A stretch of 64,000 nucleotides of DNA from Clostridia bacterium (GTDB lineage: Bacteria > Bacillota > Clostridia > Christensenellales > QALW01). Below the pieces are notes generated by a model. It was not told the DNA's origin. It saw only the letters and a program-made list of their open reading frames with translations, and searched no databases. Both the position numbers and the translations under genes were made by a program. The stretch covers positions 4,435 to 68,434 of the forward strand of contig JAZRZN010000103.1 of assembly GCA_045601365.1 (NCBI GenBank), given 5' to 3'. This document shows positions 1 to 8,956 of the stretch, in pieces. Each line of letters starts with the position of its first letter. Within the stretch, counting starts at the first letter, position 1.

Positions 1-407
1 AAATCACCGAGGATGCATTCGTTGACAATCAAACGCTTGCGTACAAGAATGTTGCGGAATGTAAAAATGAAGGATTCAATGTGGCTATAGACGATTTCGG
101 TGTCGGCAATTCATCAATAAGCGATATAAATGATTACCCCGTAGACCAAATCAAAGTGGACCGTGAAATAACCGCAAAGGTGACGACCAAGCGCGGTGAT
201 GAGCTGTTGCGCGGACTCGTTCAACTTGCACATCGGCTCAATATAGAGGTCGTATGTGAGGGCGTTGAAAACAAGCGACAGAATGACCATGTCGTTAAGG
301 GCGGTTGCGACTATATTCAGGGCTATTACTATTCATATGTTTTTCCGATAGAAGAAGCACAGCAACGCTATCTTGATTCGCTTGCAGGCATACAGCCGCA
401 AGCGTAA
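1..407 (+). CDS. EAL-domain c-di-GMP phosphodiesterase, C-terminal fragment (5' end outside window)
   Basis: Frame is open from the window edge to the stop at 405-407. Translation carries EAL-family motifs DDFGVGNSS, EVVCEGVEN, YIQGYYYS. Confidence 0.8.
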   Translation, partial: ITEDAFVDNQTLAYKNVAECKNEGFNVAIDDFGVGNSSISDINDYPVDQIKVDREITAKVTTKRGDELLRGLVQLAHRLNIEVVCEGVENKRQNDHVVKGGCDYIQGYYYSYVFPIEEAQQRYLDSLAGIQPQA

Positions 408-434
408 GCGAAACAGTATTTTGAATATAAGAAA

Positions 435-475
435 ACAGTGCCTTGATCATACATCAGGCACTGTGTTTGTTTTTA
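435..475. terminator. Hairpin terminator between convergent EAL gene and jag
   Basis: acagtgcct (435-443) pairs with aggcactgt (456-464), followed by gtttgttttt. Lies between two convergent stop codons. Confidence 0.6.
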
Positions 476-512
476 GCTTTTGAAAAAAACGAACGGGGAA
501 GCGGGGGGCGAA

Positions 513-1304
513 TCATTCTCCCTTTTTCCGGTCGATAACTATGTGACGGTTAGGTTCTTCACCTTCGCTGTATGTGGTAACATACTTATCGTTCTGAAGC
601 GCAAAATGGATTATTCTGCGTTCAAACGGGCTCATAGGCTCAAGGACTACCTTGTGTCCGGTGCGCGCCACCTGACCTGCCTTTTTGCGGGCAAGGCGGA
701 TAAGTGTACCTTCACGTTTTTTGCGGTAATTCTCGGTATCAACCGTTACACGGCAATAATCGTTTTTGTCCTTATTATAAACAAGAGAAGCGAGATACTG
801 TATTGCGTCAAGCGTTTCACCGCGGTGACCGATAAGGGTTCCCATATCGTCACCTTCAAGATTGATCAGCAGACCGTTGTCGGTGTTTGCCGCCTTTACC
901 GTACCGTTGACACCGACATGTTCCATAAGCCCCTTAAGAAACTCGGTGACCTCGTTTTCAACGAATTCTGTGCCTTCGGGGAAATACTCTTTTTTCTCTG
1001 CAGGCACGGTTGAAATATCTTCCGCATGTTCCGTACGCGGCTCACGTTTTTCCTTACGCGGACGGTCTTTTTTGTCCCTGCGGGGTGATTTCTCTTTTTT
1101 GTTCAAAATGAAATCCGGTACGATGGCTTCTTCACGCTCTGTCAGCTTGACCCTTGCCGGCTTGCTTCCGATGCCCATGAAGCCTTTTTTACCGTATTCA
1201 ATGACTTCCATTTCTATTTCGTCTATTGAAAGTCCCATCTGTTCAAGCCCCAAATACAGAGCCTGATCGACGGTATCGCCTTCAATTTCCAAGACTCTTG
1301 CCAT
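513..1304 (-). CDS. khpB: Jag/KhpB RNA-binding protein (Jag_N, KH, R3H domains)
   Basis: 263 aa. N-terminal [22 protein letters not shown]..., a Lys/Arg/Glu-rich linker, and a C-terminal R3H-like LEPMSPFERRIIH. Sits in the conserved position downstream of yidC; its start overlaps the yidC stop. Confidence 0.85.
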   Translation of the reverse strand: MARVLEIEGDTVDQALYLGLEQMGLSIDEIEMEVIEYGKKGFMGIGSKPARVKLTEREEAIVPDFILNKKEKSPRRDKKDRPRKEKREPRTEHAEDISTVPAEKKEYFPEGTEFVENEVTEFLKGLMEHVGVNGTVKAANTDNGLLINLEGDDMGTLIGHRGETLDAIQYLASLVYNKDKNDYCRVTVDTENYRKKREGTLIRLARKKAGQVARTGHKVVLEPMSPFERRIIHFALQNDKYVTTYSEGEEPNRHIVIDRKKGE

Positions 1305-2317
1305 TATTTATTTTCTCCTTCAACTGTTAAAGCTTTCTTTTTGTCGCGCGCATCAAGGACTTTGTTGATCACAAAGTTGAGTGCGAGCATGCAAACACTG
1401 GAGGTAACCCAATAAATAGCGAGTGCCGTAGATGATACAAGGCAGAAATAAACAAACATTATGGGGAAGAATATCTTCATGAATTTGCCTGTGCTTGCCG
1501 CTTGTGCCGCCTGAGCGTCGGTAGGTGCCGGTTGCTGTACATTGGTTGCATTGATGCTCCAAATCTGTACAACGCCTGCAAGAATGGGGAAAATATAGAA
1601 ACCGTTTCCGCCTATCCATGAAGCGCCGGAAGAGAAATTGGATGCAACAAATGTTCTTGCCGCGTCCAATCCGCCTGCGATCTGCGTAGTAAATGCCGCA
1701 AAATCAAGCCCACCGGGATTAAAGGCATCGAGCATGCCGCTTTTGAATGCCGATTGAAGCACTGCGGAAATACCGTTTGCCTGCGGAAGAATGTAGCCGT
1801 CGATATTCTTGATTATCCACAGCGTTCTCAAACCCCACGTTTGGCTGAAGTTAAGATATACATCGGGTTGCCATATGTTTTTTATCCACAAAAAGCTGTT
1901 TGTATCAAACCATTGCGCTATATCCGCATCGCTTGTGAGCATTGAAAGTTCACAGAGCTTTTCTGCGGCGAGGTTGCGGAACACGGCAAAGAACGCAAGC
2001 AGGATGGGATATGTCAACAGCATCATGCCGCATCCCTTAGGCATCATGCCGATGCCTTCGCGCTTACGGATCTCCATCATTCGTTGCTGTGCCTTCTCGG
2101 GATTGTTTTTGTATGCCTTGTTTATCATATCGATCTCAGGCTGGATCTTTGCCATTTTGGCGGTATATTCGCGCTGACCGATACGGCTTCTTATGTCGAA
2201 CGGTGAAAGCACCAGCCTGAAAAGTATCGTAAACAGGATTATCGACAGACCGTAGTTGTTTGTCAAGCCGTTGATCCAATCGAATATCCAGCCGAAAAAC
2301 TCACTAATATAACTCAC
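1304..2317 (-). CDS. yidC: YidC/Oxa1-family membrane protein insertase
   Basis: Polytopic membrane protein in the rnpA-yidD-yidC-jag synteny. I place the start at GTG 2317 (aa 26 of the listed ORF), which overlaps the yidD TGA as GTGA with gagagg upstream. The longer ORF to 2392 would run through yidD. Confidence 0.8.
   Translation of the reverse strand: MSYISEFFGWIFDWINGLTNNYGLSIILFTILFRLVLSPFDIRSRIGQREYTAKMAKIQPEIDMINKAYKNNPEKAQQRMMEIRKREGIGMMPKGCGMMLLTYPILLAFFAVFRNLAAEKLCELSMLTSDADIAQWFDTNSFLWIKNIWQPDVYLNFSQTWGLRTLWIIKNIDGYILPQANGISAVLQSAFKSGMLDAFNPGGLDFAAFTTQIAGGLDAARTFVASNFSSGASWIGGNGFYIFPILAGVVQIWSINATNVQQPAPTDAQAAQAASTGKFMKIFFPIMFVYFCLVSSTALAIYWVTSSVCMLALNFVINKVLDARDKKKALTVEGENK
1813..1821 (+). 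promoter_or_regulatory. Perfect DnaA box TTATCCACA (inside yidC coding sequence)
   Basis: Exact 9-mer read at 1813-1821. Confidence 0.6.
1882..1890 (+). promoter_or_regulatory. Perfect DnaA box TTATCCACA (inside yidC coding sequence)
   Basis: Exact 9-mer read at 1882-1890, 69 bp from the previous box and in the same orientation. Confidence 0.6.
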
Positions 2318-2556
2318 TTGGATTGTCCTCTCTTGAGCGGAACGGGATCGTATCCGCCCTTGCAAAATGGATTGCAGCGCAATATGCGCCACAGAGCAAG
2401 CGCTCCGCCCTTTAATGCACCGAAGCGTTCAATGGCTTCGCGTGCGTACTCGGAGCATGTCGGGTAAAATCTGCATGCCGGCGGAAAGCAGGGAGATACC
2501 TGCTTTTGATAAAAATCTATCAGCCGGAGCATAATGTATCTGACGGGCTGCCTCAT
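2314..2556 (-). CDS. yidD: Membrane protein insertion efficiency factor YidD
   Basis: 80 aa with the hallmark [19 protein letters not shown]...RILRCNPF. Confidence 0.9.
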   Translation of the reverse strand: MRQPVRYIMLRLIDFYQKQVSPCFPPACRFYPTCSEYAREAIERFGALKGGALALWRILRCNPFCKGGYDPVPLKRGQSK

Positions 2557-2559
2557 TTT

Positions 2560-2901
2560 TTAACACCCGTCAGAGCAAGCACCCGCCTTGGAAAGCAACG
2601 AAAGCATTTCCGATCGTGCAACATCGGACTTACTGCCGACGAGTGCTTTTCTGGCAATAAAAAGGTATGCCGTATTTGTCTTCAGTGAAGGTAAAAGCGG
2701 CGTGACAGCTGCGCGCATTATGCGCTTTGTTCTGTTGCGGACAACGGCATTACCTAAGCCCTTGTTGACCGAAAAACCTATTTTTATGCCTGTTCTTAAA
2801 GTTGCACACTTCAACACCATGTAAGGTGATGCGTATGATTTGCCTCTCGAAGCGACGTACCTGAATTCCTTGTTCTTTTTTAGCATGTCCTGCTTTTTCA
2901 A
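2560..2901 (-). CDS. rnpA: Ribonuclease P protein component
   Basis: 113-aa basic protein (KKNKEFRYV...RNRTKRIMR) between rpmH and yidD. Confidence 0.85.
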   Translation of the reverse strand: MKKQDMLKKNKEFRYVASRGKSYASPYMVLKCATLRTGIKIGFSVNKGLGNAVVRNRTKRIMRAAVTPLLPSLKTNTAYLFIARKALVGSKSDVARSEMLSLLSKAGACSDGC

Positions 2902-2916
2902 GAGGTCACCTCCAAA

Positions 2917-3051
2917 TTACGCGCTGAGTACCTTTCTGCCGCGACGGCGACGTCTCTGAAGTACGTTGCGTCCGTTCTTGGTCTGCATTCTTTTGCGGAA
3001 GCCATGTACCTTCTTTCTTTTACGACGGTTGGGTTGATAAGTTCTTAACAT
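2917..3051 (-). CDS. rpmH: 50S ribosomal protein L34
   Basis: Not in the ORF track because it is under 60 aa. The reverse complement reads ATG..TAA and encodes [44 protein letters not shown] (44 aa). Confidence 0.95.
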   Translation of the reverse strand: MLRTYQPNRRKRKKVHGFRKRMQTKNGRNVLQRRRRRGRKVLSA

Positions 3052-3273
3052 GATAAAATCATCCTTTCATGATCGCCTCATTGGGCGCAAATTTGCTTAA
3101 TGTATTATTGTATACAGTTGCGGATCGCCGAACCACGCGATACGCATACAGTAACGTATCTATTATAGCGGAACGAACGGAATGTGTCAAATGAAAAATT
3201 CAAAAGCCGGAAAAACTGTGATCGGGCTTCAACAAAGTTTTTATAAGCGCATTTCTTTATGCATTATTCGGAG

Positions 3274-3282
3274 TTATCCACA
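3274..3282 (+). promoter_or_regulatory. Perfect DnaA box TTATCCACA (rpmH-dnaA spacer)
   Basis: Exact 9-mer upstream of the dnaA promoter. Confidence 0.75.
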
Positions 3283-3304
3283 AGATATTGTACGAAACAA
3301 AAAG

Positions 3305-3313
3305 TTATCCACA
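3305..3313 (+). promoter_or_regulatory. Perfect DnaA box TTATCCACA (rpmH-dnaA spacer)
   Basis: Exact 9-mer, 31 bp from the previous box, flanked by an AT-rich tract (aattttataaaaatttc). Confidence 0.75.
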
Positions 3314-3351
3314 ATTTTATAAAAATTTCTTTCAAAAACAACTTTTTTCCC

Positions 3352-3380
3352 TTGATAAACAAACATTTTTATGGTATGAT
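3352..3380 (+). promoter_or_regulatory. Putative sigma-A promoter of dnaA
   Basis: -35 TTGATA (3352-3357), 17-nt spacer, extended -10 TGgTATGAT (3372-3380). Confidence 0.55.
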
Positions 3381-3416
3381 GGTAGCACTCGGCAAAAAAT
3401 GAAAGGAGTGCAGGCT

Positions 3417-4760
3417 ATGTCGGCGGAAGAAATTTTCGGGCAGATATGTTCGATATTGGAACAGTCAAGTGACGAAATACAGCCTATTACATATAAAACA
3501 TGGATAGCTACTCTCAAACCGTTCAAATATCAGAACAATACTTTATTTTTGGTAGCTCCGTCGGATCTGCACCGCAGGCGCATCATGACGGGTAACGACG
3601 GCGCACTGCATCAATATCTCGTTGCCGCGCTCAACATAGTCGTAAATACGCAGGGCGCCGATGCCGTGATAATCACCGAAGACGAAATACCATCGGTAGC
3701 CGACAGGAATGAGCTGGAACAGACTGCGATACCGCACCCCATGCTCAACGAAAAGTATACCTTTGATAATTTTGTCATAGGTACAAGCAATCAGTTTGCA
3801 TATGCAGCAGCGGTAAGTGTAGCTGAATCTCCGGCGACGCTCAATAATCCTTTGTTCATATACGGCGGCGTAGGCTTGGGGAAAACACACCTTATGCATG
3901 CGATAGGAAATTATATACTGAGTGAATCTCCGTCAACTAAGGTCATGTATACGACTTGCGAAAAATACACAAACGATTTCATCAAAGCACTTGCGAAACA
4001 TCAGATAACGGCATTTCGTGAAAAATACCGTCAAAATGTTGATGTGCTGATGATAGATGACGTACAGTTCCTTGAGAAAAAGGAAAGTACGCAGGAAGAG
4101 ATATTCCATAATATAAACGATTTATTCAATGCAAACAAGCAGATAATACTTTCGTCGGACAGACCGCCGAAAAATATAGCGACGCTTTCCGACAGGCTAT
4201 GCTCACGCTTTGAGGGCGGGCTTATAGTTGATATAACACCTCCCGACCTTGAAATGCGTACAGCCATCCTGCGTAAAAAAGCGGAAATCGAAGGTATACC
4301 GATAGGCGAAGAGCTTCTTTTGATGATAGCTGAGAGAGCGAGCGACAATGTGCGCGAACTTGAAGGCGCACTCAAACGTGTGACGGCTTATTCATCGCTT
4401 ATCGGCGGAAATTTTACCGCAGAGCTTGTGAACGATGCACTTAAGGATTATCATACAGAAATACCGGAATATTACACAGCGGATATGATCATAGATGCGG
4501 TATCGGGGTATTTCAATATAACACCGGAAGATATTATCGGAACACGTCGGGATAAATCGGTAGTCCTGCCGCGGCAGATAGCGTATTATCTGTGCCGGGA
4601 GCTGACAGATCTTTCGACTTCGCGCATAGGTGAGGAATTCAACGGCCGTGATCATGCTACTATCATCAACGGTATAGGCAAGATCAGAAATGCGCTTAAA
4701 AATGACAGTGAGATCAAAAACTACGTAGACGATATCACCATGCGTCTGCGCGGCGAATAA
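3417..4760 (+). CDS. dnaA: Chromosomal replication initiator protein DnaA
   Basis: 447 aa starting at ATG 3417, preceded by gaaaggag. Walker A GGVGLGKTHL, box VII and the C-terminal DNA-binding helix (RDHATIINGI) are present. The listed ORF start at 3288 is an upstream in-frame extension. Confidence 0.95.
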   Translation: MSAEEIFGQICSILEQSSDEIQPITYKTWIATLKPFKYQNNTLFLVAPSDLHRRRIMTGNDGALHQYLVAALNIVVNTQGADAVIITEDEIPSVADRNELEQTAIPHPMLNEKYTFDNFVIGTSNQFAYAAAVSVAESPATLNNPLFIYGGVGLGKTHLMHAIGNYILSESPSTKVMYTTCEKYTNDFIKALAKHQITAFREKYRQNVDVLMIDDVQFLEKKESTQEEIFHNINDLFNANKQIILSSDRPPKNIATLSDRLCSRFEGGLIVDITPPDLEMRTAILRKKAEIEGIPIGEELLLMIAERASDNVRELEGALKRVTAYSSLIGGNFTAELVNDALKDYHTEIPEYYTADMIIDAVSGYFNITPEDIIGTRRDKSVVLPRQIAYYLCRELTDLSTSRIGEEFNGRDHATIINGIGKIRNALKNDSEIKNYVDDITMRLRGE

Positions 4761-4773
4761 TTAACAAACAAGG

Positions 4774-6900
4774 GTGATGCTTATGTTTAGCGGTACTTTT
4801 TTCGGAAACCTTTCGGGTTTCCTTTATTTTATTATTTATTTGGTCGCGGGGATCGCTGTTTCAAAAAGAATGTTTCCGGCATTCAGGGTGCTTGTACGCA
4901 TCTGGCTCGGTACTACGTTCGGCACTGTTTTGCTTATGTGGCTTCCTGCGGTCTGCTCGTTTATATTCGGATTTAATATGTTTTCCCATATTGCGGCACT
5001 TATTGTCCTTTTATGCCTGACGGCTGTCGTATATCTGATACCGTTATTGAAGAAAAAAAGCGGCGGTATTAAAACGGAAGCAAGAAAAAACAGTTCATTT
5101 TGCAAAAGTGATTTGCTTTCAATGATATTCATACTTCCGATGTGTGTATTCTTTGCGATAGTGGAAACAAATCATATCCTTGCGCCGGCAAATGACGGCG
5201 GTCTCATTTTCGGGCAAAGCACATATTTTGATGCAAATATACATTTAAGCTTCATAACCACGCCTGTGGCACAGGGCAAAATGCCGTTCGCATATAATAT
5301 TTTGCCGACTATGCAGGTATCGTATCCGTTTTTGAGTGATACGGTTTCGGCATCGGTTTATATTTTCGGTTCGTCGCTGAGATTTGCATACATACTCCCA
5401 ACGCTTATAGGCGCATTCAATGTATTCACGGGAGCATATGTATTCTTTGAAAAATGGCTGAAAAAATTCTCGTATGCGATAACGGCATGGCTGTTGTTCT
5501 TTTTTAACGGCGGATTCGGGTTTATTTACTTCCTTGACGGGCTTAAAAACTCATCGGATAATTTTACACGCATTTTTACGGCACTTTACGAAACACCGAC
5601 AAACCTTAACTCAAGTATGATACGCTGGGTGAATACTTTCTGCGATATGATGATCCCTCAGCGTGCAACTCTGTTCGGCTGGATGATGCTGTTTGCCGTA
5701 CTGTATTTGCTTTACCGTGCGGTTTTTATGAAAGAAAAAAAGTGCTTTATATTTGCCGGAGTGCTTGCCGGGCTTACGCCGCTTATCAGCACTCACATTT
5801 TTTTGAGCATTGCGGTGATATCGGCGGTATGGATGATCTCAAGACTTGCTTCGGATGTTGGACTGAAACACACAGGGATCATTGCGTGTACGGTTTTTGC
5901 TCTTTCGGCAGGAACGATGATCGTTACATATATAATAAGGAAAGACCTTGATATTTCGGGCAGAAATGCGCTTATTGCGGGAATATCCGCCATTGCGCTG
6001 ATATATGTATCCCTTATTGTATATGCACTGAAAAAAGGCTTTTTCAAACAGTTGCTTTCAACGTGGGGAGCATATCTTATAACCGTGCTTGTGTTGGCGT
6101 TGCCGCAACTCATATGCTTTACTTTCCGCCAAAGTGCCGGATCGGGCTTTTTGCGTCCGCATTTCAACTGGATAAATTCACAGGATGAATATTTGTGGTT
6201 CTATATAAAAAATGTGGGGATATGCGCACTGCTTTTGATACCCGCCGTCCTGAATGCGAACAAACGGCAAAAGAGCATCATTGCACCCATTGCCGTTCTG
6301 ATGCTTATTGCCGAAACCTTTGCGTTCCAGCCTAATCCTTATGATAACAATAAACTTCTTTACCCTGCGTATGTGCTTGTGTGCGGTGCGGTCGCAGAAT
6401 ATATGGGCATCCTTTATTCAAAGATAAAAGCCGTCAAAGGCAGTAAGGTGATTGCAACACTCGTTTTGATCCTGTGCATGCTCAGTGCTGTGCTTTCGAT
6501 GGGACGCGAGGCAGTCGCAGGTACATATGAGATATTTTCATCCGAGCAGGTGGAGCTTGCGTGGTGGATACAAAACAATACCGACGGCGATGCGATCTTT
6601 CTTACTAATGACAGGTACAATAATACGATAACCGGTATGACCGGCAGAAATGTCGTGTGCGGTTCGAATTCCTTCTTTTCAACACACGGTTTGCCGGGAT
6701 TCTATGAGCTTCAAAAAGATGTTTCGGCAATATATGCCGATGCTGAAGAAAATGAAGCTCTGACAAAAAAGTATGACGTTGATTATATAGTTGTCGGTAG
6801 GGAAGAAAAGGCAACATACGATGTCAACGAAGAACTGATAGCTTCAAAATATGATGTCGTCTACAGCAAAGACGGCATAAAGGTTTACAGGGTGAAATAA
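4774..6900 (+). CDS. Large polytopic membrane protein, GT-C-type glycosyltransferase-like (ArnT/PMT/DUF2298-like) with a C-terminal extracytoplasmic domain
   Basis: 708 aa with more than 12 predicted hydrophobic spans, then a ~140-aa soluble tail ending ...KKYDVDYIVVGREEKATYDV...GIKVYRV, which resembles the tails of GT-C/DUF2298 proteins. The family call rests on architecture only. Confidence 0.45.
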   Translation: MMLMFSGTFFGNLSGFLYFIIYLVAGIAVSKRMFPAFRVLVRIWLGTTFGTVLLMWLPAVCSFIFGFNMFSHIAALIVLLCLTAVVYLIPLLKKKSGGIKTEARKNSSFCKSDLLSMIFILPMCVFFAIVETNHILAPANDGGLIFGQSTYFDANIHLSFITTPVAQGKMPFAYNILPTMQVSYPFLSDTVSASVYIFGSSLRFAYILPTLIGAFNVFTGAYVFFEKWLKKFSYAITAWLLFFFNGGFGFIYFLDGLKNSSDNFTRIFTALYETPTNLNSSMIRWVNTFCDMMIPQRATLFGWMMLFAVLYLLYRAVFMKEKKCFIFAGVLAGLTPLISTHIFLSIAVISAVWMISRLASDVGLKHTGIIACTVFALSAGTMIVTYIIRKDLDISGRNALIAGISAIALIYVSLIVYALKKGFFKQLLSTWGAYLITVLVLALPQLICFTFRQSAGSGFLRPHFNWINSQDEYLWFYIKNVGICALLLIPAVLNANKRQKSIIAPIAVLMLIAETFAFQPNPYDNNKLLYPAYVLVCGAVAEYMGILYSKIKAVKGSKVIATLVLILCMLSAVLSMGREAVAGTYEIFSSEQVELAWWIQNNTDGDAIFLTNDRYNNTITGMTGRNVVCGSNSFFSTHGLPGFYELQKDVSAIYADAEENEALTKKYDVDYIVVGREEKATYDVNEELIASKYDVVYSKDGIKVYRVK

Positions 6901-7169
6901 GGTATACATTATACAATATAAAAACATAAGTAAAATTATCCAAATATATTACGAATTCAGTATTATTTTGCTGTAGAGCAATTTTCTTAAAAATAAATTC
7001 AAATAAAGTTAACAATAAATTAAAAGATTTTTTAACTTTCAAGGCAAAAAAAGCTTGCTTTTTTTCTATAAGCGAGTATAATATTATAAGAATAATGATA
7101 GGTGTGCGAAATCATACGAATAAGCGTTTTATTCGTCGTCGCTTGTCATGCGCATAAGGTGTTGAAATA

Positions 7170-8135
7170 ATGACAAATAACGAACATGGAACTATTAAAG
7201 GTGAAAATACCGGCAGTATTCTTGCCGCGCCTGAAGGGGTAGAACTTGATATTAAAGAAGTCGTAGCTGTTCTTATCAAGCGTTGGTGGATAATCCTTTT
7301 GTCAACTGTAATATGTGTAGTAGGTGCATTTTGTCTTTTTTACAGAAGCTATACTCCTCAGTACAGGGCGACGGCGAAGCTGTTCGTAAATAACAGCAGT
7401 CTTTCCTTGGGCGGCGCGAAGCTTTCGATTTCATCGGCAGATATTTCGACTTCAAAGGCGCTTGTAAACACATACATCGAAATACTTAAATCCCGTCTTA
7501 CGCTTAATGAAGTAAGCCGTCAGCTCAACAGCAAGTTCGGATATGAGCCGATGAAATACGCTACACTCAATAATAAGATAAGTTGCGGTGCCGTGGAAGA
7601 TACGGGTATTTTCTATATAAATGTTTCCGATTCGGATCCCGACAAGGCGATAAACATAGTAAATACAATCATTGATGTTTTGCCGGATCAGATAGCCACG
7701 ATCATTGACGGTACATCGGTACGTACGGTAGAACGCGCAGAGGAAGCTGTTTTGCTTGGTTCCGAGAGCAGAAGAGATATGCTTGTCGGCGCATTGATAG
7801 GCTTTGTTGCTTCGTGCGGTGCCGTTATTCTGCTTGATATAATCCTTAACGATACGATAAGCAACAGTGATTGGTTAAGGAATAATTACAGCGGTATCCC
7901 CGTACTTGCCGAAATACCCGATGCCAATGTCAACAGGCGCGGCGGCAAGTATTATCGCAGTAAGTATTACCGCAATAAGTATTACCGCAACGGTTCATAT
8001 GGCGGGGGATATTATCGCGGCGGTTACGGATACGGTCGCGGATATTACCGGGGATATTACGGTCACAGTTCGAGTCGGAACAATACACAAAAGACTCAAA
8101 CGGACAATAAACCGAATAATGATAACAAGAAGTAA
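7170..8135 (+). CDS. Wzz/CpsC/TkmA-like polysaccharide co-polymerase (BY-kinase transmembrane modulator) with a Tyr/Arg/Gly-rich C-terminal extension
   Basis: Two TM segments (aa ~38-57 and ~204-225) flank an extracellular domain, followed by the conserved juxtamembrane GIPVLAEIP. A ~70-aa tail then follows with 15 Tyr in aa 260-298. Confidence 0.8.
   Translation: MTNNEHGTIKGENTGSILAAPEGVELDIKEVVAVLIKRWWIILLSTVICVVGAFCLFYRSYTPQYRATAKLFVNNSSLSLGGAKLSISSADISTSKALVNTYIEILKSRLTLNEVSRQLNSKFGYEPMKYATLNNKISCGAVEDTGIFYINVSDSDPDKAINIVNTIIDVLPDQIATIIDGTSVRTVERAEEAVLLGSESRRDMLVGALIGFVASCGAVILLDIILNDTISNSDWLRNNYSGIPVLAEIPDANVNRRGGKYYRSKYYRNKYYRNGSYGGGYYRGGYGYGRGYYRGYYGHSSSRNNTQKTQTDNKPNNDNKK
7947..7991 (+). 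repeat. Three tandem in-frame 15-bp units encoding KYYR(S/N)
   Basis: aagtattatcgcagt / aagtattaccgcaat / aagtattaccgcaac. More degenerate ggatattaYcgS units follow up to ~8063. Confidence 0.85.
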
Positions 8136-8152
8136 GGAGCGGATAAATAATA

Positions 8153-8944
8153 ATGGAAACAAAAAATGTTGCTGCTTCGCTTGACTTCTTAGCTACCGAA
8201 GCGTATAATGTATTAAGAACCAATCTTACTTTCAGCATGCCTGATAAAAAAGGCGGCAGGGTGATCGGTGTTACTTCGCCGAACCCGCAGGAAGGTAAAT
8301 CTTTCACGGCGATAAACATGTGCTATTCGCTTGCAAAGGACGGTCATAAAACGATCCTTATTTCGGCTGACCTTCGATTGCCTTCGGTTGAGAATACTCT
8401 CAAGATGCCGTCCGGTATAGGTCTTTCGAATATCCTTGCCGATAACGCAAAGTCGAGCCTTGAAGAAATAATCCATCCGAATACGTTGCATGAGAATCTG
8501 TCTTTTCTTACGGCAGGCGAGATACCTCCGAACCCGTCGGAATTGCTTGGTTCCGAAAGAATGGGCAAGCTTCTGGAAAGGCTGTCATCCGAATATGAGT
8601 ATGTCGTACTTGATCTTCCGCCTGTGAATTCGGTAATCGACCCGGTAGCGGTTTCAAAGTATCTTGACGGCATGGTTATTGTTGTAAAACACGGATATAC
8701 CCGTAAGCAAAATATACGCCTTGCACTTGAACAGTTCAATTATGTAGGCGCGCACATACTCGGTTTTGTTTACAACGAGTACCACAGCGGCGGAAGATCG
8801 TATAAAAAGTCGGGCGGATATTACAGTTATAACAGATATTACAGTAAATATTATAAGAGCTATTACAAGAAGCCGGACAGCAATGACGGCAATAAAGGCG
8901 CCAATGACAGCAAAGCCTCCGTTGCCGATAAAAGTAATAAATAG
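8153..8944 (+). CDS. CpsD/CapB/PtkA-family bacterial tyrosine kinase (BY-kinase) catalytic subunit
   Basis: Walker A VTSPNPQEGKS, Walker A' ILISADLR, Walker B VVLDLPP. C-terminal Tyr cluster YNEYHSGGRSYKKSGGYYSYNRYYSKYYKSYYKK. Confidence 0.9.
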   Translation: METKNVAASLDFLATEAYNVLRTNLTFSMPDKKGGRVIGVTSPNPQEGKSFTAINMCYSLAKDGHKTILISADLRLPSVENTLKMPSGIGLSNILADNAKSSLEEIIHPNTLHENLSFLTAGEIPPNPSELLGSERMGKLLERLSSEYEYVVLDLPPVNSVIDPVAVSKYLDGMVIVVKHGYTRKQNIRLALEQFNYVGAHILGFVYNEYHSGGRSYKKSGGYYSYNRYYSKYYKSYYKKPDSNDGNKGANDSKASVADKSNK

Positions 8945-8956
8945 GAGTGAGCGGAA

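Noticed and set aside
3288-3416. N-terminal extension of the dnaA ORF. The same pattern occurs for fhs (28846-28995), uxuA (43260-43478), minD (19679-19765), rpsT (24349-24390), the anchored protein (32852-32923), hslU (54613-54657), the MATE gene (59018-59068) and dprA (49515-49607).
   Set aside because: In each case an internal ATG with a good Shine-Dalgarno sequence begins the conserved N-terminus of the family. The upstream extension overlaps promoters, DnaA boxes or the preceding gene, and its sequence is not protein-like.
6901-7169. The very AT-rich spacer after the GT-C-like gene as a displaced DNA-unwinding element of oriC. It contains ttatccaaa at 6936-6944, one mismatch from a DnaA box.
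   Set aside because: There is only a single degenerate box, and I could see no DnaA-trio-like periodicity or GC clamp. The region also contains an AT hairpin (aaagttaa/ttaacttt) and plausible promoter elements for the wzz operon. An ordinary terminator/promoter spacer is the simpler reading.
7947-7991. The 15-bp tandem repeat as a phase-variation (ON/OFF) switch.
   Set aside because: The unit length is a multiple of three. Slippage would change tail length but not the reading frame, so this is length polymorphism at most.
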